Assembly (NCBI GenBank): GCA_963931495.1
Contig: OZ007020.1
Coordinates: forward strand, 1-32,000
Reading direction: 5' to 3'
DNA length: 32,000 nucleotides
DNA from: an uncultured Alphaproteobacteria bacterium
Lineage (GTDB): Bacteria; Pseudomonadota; Alphaproteobacteria; Rs-D84
The position numbers were made by a program, and so were the translations under genes. The stretch's first letter is position 1; each line of letters begins with the position of its first letter. The notes below the pieces were generated by a model. It was not told the origin of the DNA. It made no database searches and saw only the letters and a program-made list of their open reading frames with translations. Below are positions 26,638 through 32,000 of the stretch, in pieces.

Positions 26638-26693
26638 TCGAACCCTCATCCGCGGTTTTGGAGACCGATATTCTACCGTTGAACTATGCCCCT
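26620..26693 (-). tRNA. tRNA-Trp (anticodon CCA)
   Basis: The reverse complement is AGGGGCATAGTTCAACGGTAGAATATCGGTCTCCAAAACCGCGGATGAGGGTTCGATTCCTTCTGCCCCTGCCA. It folds as a cloverleaf with acceptor AGGGGCA/TGCCCCT, T arm GAGGG-TTCGATT-CCTTC and anticodon loop CTCCAAA. It occupies the canonical position upstream of secE. Confidence 0.9.
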
Positions 26694-26926
26694 GAAAACT
26701 GCACTTTTATCCGTCTTGCCGCACCGTTTTACCCCAACAGTCTGCGACAAGATAGCACATACGTACAGAAAATCAAGCGGAAATATTATAATTTTTTAAT
26801 CACCGCAGCGCAAGTAAAAAGTTATTATTATCAAAAACATCGCGAAAATATGTGAACAAAGTTTGAACACGATATACCAAACACAAACTGGCGTTTCCCA
26901 GACGCACAAAAACATAACTTTTTTAC

Positions 26927-26956
26927 TTGCGTATATGTCTGATTTTTTTCTACAAT
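26927..26956 (+). promoter_or_regulatory. Candidate promoter for the virB8/9/10-like operon
   Basis: TTGCGT (26927-26932), an 18-nt spacer, then TACAAT (26951-26956), about 28 nt upstream of the start codon. Confidence 0.3.
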
Positions 26957-26983
26957 CTGGTTAATAAGAAGGAGAGAAATCAG

Positions 26984-27658
26984 TTGCAAAACCGCATAGA
27001 ACCGCCGATTTTGTTGTCCAGGCTGATGCTGTTTGTTTTTACAACGATGCTGGTCGTGCTGGTTGTGATGCTGGTTGCGGTGTATAATATGTATCCATTA
27101 AATCGGCCCCAGGTGTTCTTTTTAATGACCGCCCCCCAGGATAATTTGACCGTTGTATTACGGGAATTGGTGCCGGTTGATGAAAATCTTGATAATTTTA
27201 AGCGCACATTTATTCGCGAATACATTCGGGCACGGAATGAAATTGTACCAAATGCCGCCGAAATGCGCGAAAAATGGAATAATGCTGATAACGGTGTCGT
27301 GTACGAATGGTCAACCCAAGATGTATACAACGCCTTTACCCAAACAAATATGTGGAATGCATGGATGGGTGGGGTTCCGGATTTTGAATTTTCTTGTTCT
27401 GTGGAATTTGACAATGGGGCGATTTCGCCACGCGGAAATGATGTTTATTCTGTAAAATTTCGTTATTTCTGTTCAGATAGTAATAGACAGATGGATAAAA
27501 AAGATTATACAATACAATTGAAATTGGAAATGGAAGATAACGCAACGATAAAATGGGACGAACGACTGGATAATCCATTGGGCATTCGGGTTTCTGAATA
27601 CACAATTGAATCTGGTAACGGCGATCCGTTGGATACAGGTTATCTGGCAAGTAATTAA
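26984..27658 (+). CDS. virB8: VirB8-like type IV secretion system inner-membrane protein
   Basis: The TTG start at 26984 lies 9 nt after AAGGAG (26969-26974); the ORF-track start at 26927 has no RBS. The ~224-aa protein has a short N-terminus, one TM (LMLFVFTTMLVVLVVMLVAVY) and a periplasmic domain. That domain carries FIREYIRARNEI and the C-terminal NPLGIRVSEY, which matches the conserved NPxG motif of VirB8 proteins. Confidence 0.75.
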   Translation: MQNRIEPPILLSRLMLFVFTTMLVVLVVMLVAVYNMYPLNRPQVFFLMTAPQDNLTVVLRELVPVDENLDNFKRTFIREYIRARNEIVPNAAEMREKWNNADNGVVYEWSTQDVYNAFTQTNMWNAWMGGVPDFEFSCSVEFDNGAISPRGNDVYSVKFRYFCSDSNRQMDKKDYTIQLKLEMEDNATIKWDERLDNPLGIRVSEYTIESGNGDPLDTGYLASN

Positions 27659-27687
27659 AGTGTGACACGAAACGTAAGGGAAAGGTT

Positions 27688-29211
27688 ATGACATTTTCAA
27701 AGGCGCTTAAATTAAATGTATCTGTATTATGCCTGGTGTTGTTGTGCGGGGGCGCGATGGCTGCTGGAACGAACTATGGCGTGCAATCGGCATGGGATAA
27801 TCCAACGGCAAACATGGCCGCCGGCAGTGTCAAGCCTGGATACGCACAATTGACCTGGTCCAAGGGCAGTGTTTTACCCGTAAAATTGCGTAACGGAATG
27901 ACAACATTGATTGCACTGCCAAACGGCGAAAAAATTGCAGATGCCGTTATCGGAAATGATGGGCTGTTTTCAATTGATGCAACCCAAGGGGGCAGCACGA
28001 TGTTCATCACCCCGGTATCCAGCAACCAGGGTTCGGATACTAATTTGATTGTGTCGGGTGAATCTGGGAACGTGTACACATTTTATCTGCGCAGCGAACC
28101 ATCTAATTCCAGTGAAATCACATATTCCCAGGTTGATGTCGTATTGGATGGTAATGCACCAGTGTCAACCGCATCTGGCGCAACAAATGCCGCCGGCGGA
28201 TCGTCGTCTATATTCAAAAAGCAAAATGCCGCCGCCAGTACGATTGGGGTTGATGGCGAAGATTACGGATGGATTAAATCAATGAAAATTGATCCGTCTG
28301 AATTCCGATTTGACTTGGATATATTCGTTCCAAATCCAGACGATTATGTTATTGCACCTGAACGCGTATGGCGCGATCGGATATTTACGTATATTGACTT
28401 TGGGGACAAGGTTATTTCCATGACCCAGCGCCCGGTTGTATCTTTATTAATAGAAGGCGGTGAATCACCGGTCGGATTCCGCACGGATGGCGAAGATGGC
28501 CGTCTGTTAATCGTTGAAGCGGTTGGTGACATGGTTCTGCGCAGTGGGCAACGCATTGTTTGTATCAAAAAGCGCGAAAAACCGTTCTTGATTGCGGATA
28601 CGGCATCGGTTATGGCGTTGGCCGAAGCGAACGTTGCGCAATCCATTATGTCTGGCCAATCGTTAAATAATATCGCGTACAGCGCGGACCAGGCGGCGAT
28701 TAACGCATCTGTAAATGGTTATACAACGTCACCAATTATGGTTGGTAATATGCCGGCGGGCACAACCAGTGGATATTACGCACCGGCGGGGTACGCCATG
28801 CCGGCCGTCACCAGTGGCGGGGCAACCACAACCGCAATGGTGCCCACAGAACGGTTAACGGCGGGTTCGTTCTTGCCACAGTCAAACATTCCATTGATAA
28901 CCAGTAATCAAACCGGTGTCGCGGTTGAATTGAAATCCGACACATCGGTCAAGGCGTTGGATGATTATTGGGCAAATCTGTTGGCGAAATTCAGTGGCGA
29001 TGACGGTCAAGGTATATTAACCCCATACAAAGACATGGTGTTCTTTGCGGTGGACGAACAAGGGGTCGGTGATTTGGGGGCGGATTCTTCGGCTGCGCGT
29101 CTGTATCGGTTGCGCATTGGGCCGCTGTCTGATGTAAATACGGCCCAACAATTATGCAACCAGTTACTGGAATTCAGTGGAACCAGTTGCAGTGTCGTGC
29201 GCGTACAATAA
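27688..29211 (+). CDS. virB9: VirB9/TrbG/CagX-like T4SS outer-membrane core protein with a C-terminal SPOR-like domain
   Basis: 507 aa with a signal peptide. The N-domain (aa ~45-140) reads LPVKLRNGMTTLIALPNGEKIADAVIGNDGLFSID...STMFITPV...DTNLIVSGESGNVYTFYL. The C-domain (aa ~195-300) reads IAPERVWRDRIFTYIDFGD...PVVSLLIEGGESPVGFRTDGEDGRLLIVEAVGDMVLRSGQRIVCI. A low-complexity linker is followed by aa ~409-507, ending LYRLRIGPLSDVNTAQQLCNQLLEFSGTSCSVVRVQ (SPOR-like). Confidence 0.8.
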   Translation: MTFSKALKLNVSVLCLVLLCGGAMAAGTNYGVQSAWDNPTANMAAGSVKPGYAQLTWSKGSVLPVKLRNGMTTLIALPNGEKIADAVIGNDGLFSIDATQGGSTMFITPVSSNQGSDTNLIVSGESGNVYTFYLRSEPSNSSEITYSQVDVVLDGNAPVSTASGATNAAGGSSSIFKKQNAAASTIGVDGEDYGWIKSMKIDPSEFRFDLDIFVPNPDDYVIAPERVWRDRIFTYIDFGDKVISMTQRPVVSLLIEGGESPVGFRTDGEDGRLLIVEAVGDMVLRSGQRIVCIKKREKPFLIADTASVMALAEANVAQSIMSGQSLNNIAYSADQAAINASVNGYTTSPIMVGNMPAGTTSGYYAPAGYAMPAVTSGGATTTAMVPTERLTAGSFLPQSNIPLITSNQTGVAVELKSDTSVKALDDYWANLLAKFSGDDGQGILTPYKDMVFFAVDEQGVGDLGADSSAARLYRLRIGPLSDVNTAQQLCNQLLEFSGTSCSVVRVQ

Positions 29212-29232
29212 TTGTCAGAATCTGTGGGTAAA

Positions 29233-31695
29233 ATGAATATAAAAAAACAATTTTCAGAAATGCGCAAAAATACGCCAAAGCATATACAATGGCTGTTGTT
29301 GGCGGCGGCGTTTGTTGTCGTAATTATACTGTTAACACTGTTGTTAACAAACCACGAAGAAGAAGTACTGGAAAGCAACGGCGATGTCGCCATTACATTG
29401 GGAATTGTGCCAGATACAATTGAATGGCCAGATGTGTCTGTTGGTGATACAAAAACCGAAACAATAAAGGTTACGGCCAGTGCACCAATAAAAATTGTCG
29501 GGCTTAACCTGGAACACGATATTCCGGGATTAAAGCAACCAATACAGCAAACATGCACATCAATGGGGCAAATTGATGCAGATAATGCATGCACAATTGT
29601 TTTGGAATACAGTCCGATTGCGGCATCTGATGTAACAACCACCGAATTGTACATTGAATGGCATGATGCAAACGCATCTGAAAGCATGAAAAATACTGGG
29701 CGTGCCATTTTGGTTGTTGGTGCCAACGACCCAGCGCCGGTTGTTGAACCAGAACCAATTATTGAACCAGAACCGCTTGTAATCCCAGATCCAGAACCGA
29801 TTATTGAACCAGAACCCGTGGTTGCGCCTGAACCGGTTGTTGCGCCAACCCCAACAATCAAACAAGAAATAAAATCTGAATTGGCAGAAATTATACCAAC
29901 AAATGATTTTGTGTTTGATGATGAACCAACTGTCACCACAATGACAGATACCGGCGCAAATACAACGGCCCCTGTACCGTCTGAGGCATGTTCTGACTTT
30001 GCCATGCCGGGTTACAACTTGTCAGGGGTGCAGAGTGGATGGATTCGCCCCAGCGGTGGCGCATATTATTTCCATCCGTTTTCTGATACAGAGTGCAAAA
30101 ATCCAACCGGAACGTATAATCCAGACAACGGTATTATCACAGATATAAATAATCCGGCACAAAAAATTGGTACAGATGCCGAACATATCGGATATACAAC
30201 AATAACAAATGGAACATTACCACAACTGTCTAATCCGGCAACAACACGCAATGAAAATAAAGCGGTACAATTAACCGCGGCGGAAATAAACGCACTGCCA
30301 CAATTATCGTCAGCGGGTCAAATGAAGCATGTTGAATTAAAGGCCGCACCCAAAGCACAAGTTATTGTCGGAACCAGTGGTTCGGCAACATATTCGTCAG
30401 ACCCATATGACAGAAGTTTTGTTCTGCGCCAGTATAAACCAATTCCTGCAACAATTGTGTCCGAGGTTCGCGCCGACCCAACAATTTATGAATCTGGTCA
30501 TGCACTGCCGGTCCAGGCAACTGTTGACAGAAATGTTTATTCTGATGATGGACGCACGATTGTAATTCCAACTGGCACACTAATGTTGGGATATGTTAAT
30601 GGTGAATTGCCGGGACCGTATAAGTCAATTGGACGCATGAATATTAATTGGTATCAATTTATATTGCCAAATGGGGTTGAATTCAATTTCACCGGCGACC
30701 CAAACCAGGATCCTTTTTCGGCGGATTCCCAGGGTCGTGTCGGTGTTCCTGGACACGGCAGTACAGATTATGTTGAACAATTGGTTATGCCAATGCTGAC
30801 CGCGATTGTGCCAGCGGCGGTTAATATGATTGCACCAATATCAGACGCATTTATAAACCAAATTGATCTGGATAATAATACCGTTGTGCAAAGCGGAACA
30901 ATTCGTTCATCCGAATTGGCCAAAAATGAAATTATTACCGCATGGAACCAGGTTGCACAAAAGTTACTGGTTGATGCCATGGATAATACCATTCCGCCAT
31001 TTTCTATTGCGGCCGGTACACGTATAACCGTATATTCACCGACTGATTTGGTTATAACATGTGGTCACGACGCAGATAAAATCTGTTCTGTTGAAAATCT
31101 GTACCAGGAGACACAATTGCGTCCTAATTGGCGCCACAATGTCACCGTTAATCCGAATGATGGTTCATGGACAGGCCAAGTACGTTCATTTAATCTGGAA
31201 CAATATTGCACAACGGACAGTGATGGCATTTGGGATATTAAGCCTGGCGTAGAAGGTGAAATTATAAATTCTGGATACGATTACAGAACTGTGTTGGCGT
31301 ATTGTCAATCATTGAATTACCAGGCGATTAATAATGCACGCCAAGATGCGGTATACCAAAATCAACAACAGCAATTCCAGAACAGTTACAGTGTTCAATC
31401 ATCGGGGGCATCAAATACAATCAGTGGCCTGAGTGGTATAACCGGCAGCCAGGCGTATAACGAAGATATCTTGGGGTTGACATATGATGACAGTGGCGCG
31501 ATTCAAAATCCATTCGTTGAATCAGACGCATTGACAGATGTCACAGAAACCACAGAAACAGTCATAACATGCGATGGCGGGGTGGCACCTGATGAATACG
31601 GTTGCTGTCCGGGTGAAATATATACCGATATGGGCGAACAAGGATTCAATTGCTGTCCGGAAACAGGGGGCGATTGTTTCCCGCCGATATTGTAA
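29233..31695 (+). CDS. virB10: Enlarged VirB10/TrbI-like T4SS protein (Ig-like module, Pro-rich region, VirB10 core, Cys-rich C-terminal extension)
   Basis: An ATG at 29233 gives 820 aa; an in-frame TTG at 29212 abuts the upstream stop. Numbering from 29212, the TM is WLLLAAAFVVVIILLTLLLT. A beta-rich module covers aa 57-172. The Pro-rich region PAPVVEPEPIIEPEPLVIPDPEPIIEPEPVVAPEPVVAPTPT covers aa 173-215. The VirB10/TrbI-like core covers aa ~395-615 (IPATIVSEV...VIPTGTLMLGYVNG...GRMNINWYQFILPNGVEF...DSQGRVGVPGH...AAGTRITVYSPTDLVI). A ~210-aa extension ends CDGGVAPDEYGCCPGEIYTDMGEQGFNCCPETGGDCFPPIL. Confidence 0.8.
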   Translation: MNIKKQFSEMRKNTPKHIQWLLLAAAFVVVIILLTLLLTNHEEEVLESNGDVAITLGIVPDTIEWPDVSVGDTKTETIKVTASAPIKIVGLNLEHDIPGLKQPIQQTCTSMGQIDADNACTIVLEYSPIAASDVTTTELYIEWHDANASESMKNTGRAILVVGANDPAPVVEPEPIIEPEPLVIPDPEPIIEPEPVVAPEPVVAPTPTIKQEIKSELAEIIPTNDFVFDDEPTVTTMTDTGANTTAPVPSEACSDFAMPGYNLSGVQSGWIRPSGGAYYFHPFSDTECKNPTGTYNPDNGIITDINNPAQKIGTDAEHIGYTTITNGTLPQLSNPATTRNENKAVQLTAAEINALPQLSSAGQMKHVELKAAPKAQVIVGTSGSATYSSDPYDRSFVLRQYKPIPATIVSEVRADPTIYESGHALPVQATVDRNVYSDDGRTIVIPTGTLMLGYVNGELPGPYKSIGRMNINWYQFILPNGVEFNFTGDPNQDPFSADSQGRVGVPGHGSTDYVEQLVMPMLTAIVPAAVNMIAPISDAFINQIDLDNNTVVQSGTIRSSELAKNEIITAWNQVAQKLLVDAMDNTIPPFSIAAGTRITVYSPTDLVITCGHDADKICSVENLYQETQLRPNWRHNVTVNPNDGSWTGQVRSFNLEQYCTTDSDGIWDIKPGVEGEIINSGYDYRTVLAYCQSLNYQAINNARQDAVYQNQQQQFQNSYSVQSSGASNTISGLSGITGSQAYNEDILGLTYDDSGAIQNPFVESDALTDVTETTETVITCDGGVAPDEYGCCPGEIYTDMGEQGFNCCPETGGDCFPPIL

Positions 31696-31699
31696 ATAA

Positions 31700-31724
31700 C
31701 GGCCTGCCATTGGCGGGCTGTTTT
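31700..31724 (+). terminator. Rho-independent terminator ending the virB8/9/10-like operon
   Basis: A 9-bp stem cggcctgcc/ggcgggctg (two G-U pairs) with loop att, followed by TTTT. It starts 5 nt after the stop codon. Confidence 0.7.
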
Positions 31725-31733
31725 AATAACAGA

Positions 31734-31762
31734 TTGAAAAACCAAGGGAGTTATGCTATAAT
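31734..31762 (+). promoter_or_regulatory. Near-consensus sigma70 promoter with an extended -10
   Basis: TTGAAA (31734-31739), a 17-nt spacer, then TGC-TATAAT (31754-31762). Confidence 0.55.
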
Positions 31763-31767
31763 GCAAG

Positions 31768-31818
31768 TCTGAAAATATCTGATATTATATTGCGCGCGCG
31801 ATTTGCGCGTTTTTTTTA
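31768..31818 (+). ncRNA. Candidate ~50-nt small RNA or attenuated leader, defined by the promoter at 31734 and the terminator at 31795
   Basis: The predicted TSS is near 31769. The transcript would contain a small hairpin aatat-ctg-atatt and then the GC hairpin plus U8 terminator. It holds no plausible ORF. Confidence 0.3.
31795..31818 (+). terminator. Rho-independent terminator (GC hairpin plus T8)
   Basis: Stem cgcgc/gcgcg (31795-31799 / 31805-31809) with loop gattt, followed by TTTTTTTT (31810-31817). Confidence 0.65.
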
Positions 31819-31991
31819 TTTTATACACATAATAATCGCACCAATTACGATTCGTGCGCATGTGTATAAATCGCATAAACGAATCGGTTTTCCGATTCAC
31901 AAATCAACCAACGGTTGTACTGTTTTACATAATACAACCAATGGTATATACATCCAATCATAACCAAACAACATAAAAGGAGAAAAAATAC

Positions 31992-32000
31992 ATGACATCG
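31992..32000 (+). CDS. Probable start of an unidentified CDS running off the window (MTS...)
   Basis: The ATG at 31992 is preceded by AAGGAG 9 nt upstream. Only 3 codons are visible, so the product is unknown. Confidence 0.3.

Noticed and set aside
26607-26855. 82-aa plus-strand ORF overlapping tRNA-Trp
   Set aside because: It is antisense to the tRNA-Trp gene, with no RBS.
29007-30005. 332-aa minus-strand ORF with GSGS/TTGSG repeats
   Set aside because: It is the reverse complement of the VirB10-like Pro/Glu repeat region (gaaccagaacc). It spans the virB9/virB10 gene boundary, and no start context supports it.
26620-31724. The T4SS-like operon as cargo of an island integrated at tRNA-Trp
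   Set aside because: The duplicated tRNA 3' fragment lies on the secE side, at lower coordinates. The T4SS-like genes lie on the 5' side of the tRNA, so the repeats do not bound them. No integrase is visible.
31763-31794. A riboswitch between the strong promoter and the T8 terminator
   Set aside because: Only ~30 nt are available upstream of the terminator hairpin, which is too short for any known aptamer class.

Overview
Low-GC (roughly 40%) bacterial chromosome segment. The gene order looks alphaproteobacterial (fabH-ihfA adjacency, rpmF-plsX), but that taxonomic call is inference. Four blocks: (1) 1-9300, exported or surface proteins: 3' part of an M13 peptidase, a Pmp-repeat autotransporter, an orphan mraZ, a 704-aa secreted protein with a Thr/Arg/Ser-rich disordered region and a Cys-rich domain, and a two-HKD phospholipase-D lipoprotein. 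(2) 9500-14470, a small Cys/His-rich membrane protein, tRNA-Arg(CCU) and lipid genes fabH-ihfA-ohyA (+) converging on rpmF-plsX (-). (3) 14616-26693, the conserved minus-strand block tRNA-Trp-secE-nusG-rplK-rplA-rplJ-rplL-rpoB-rpoC, which has non-canonical neighbours, an unannotated 60-codon ORF between nusG and rplK, and a perfect 59-bp duplication covering the tRNA-Trp 3' end. (4) 26984-31695, a self-contained three-gene operon of VirB8-, VirB9- and VirB10-like proteins. This operon is the most interesting content. The VirB9-like protein carries a C-terminal SPOR-like peptidoglycan-binding domain. The 820-aa VirB10-like protein has an extra Ig-like module and a long Cys-rich C-terminal extension. 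The operon ends at a strong terminator, followed by a near-consensus promoter plus terminator unit (candidate ~50-nt sRNA). Every call rests on reading the translations and DNA by eye; no searches were run.
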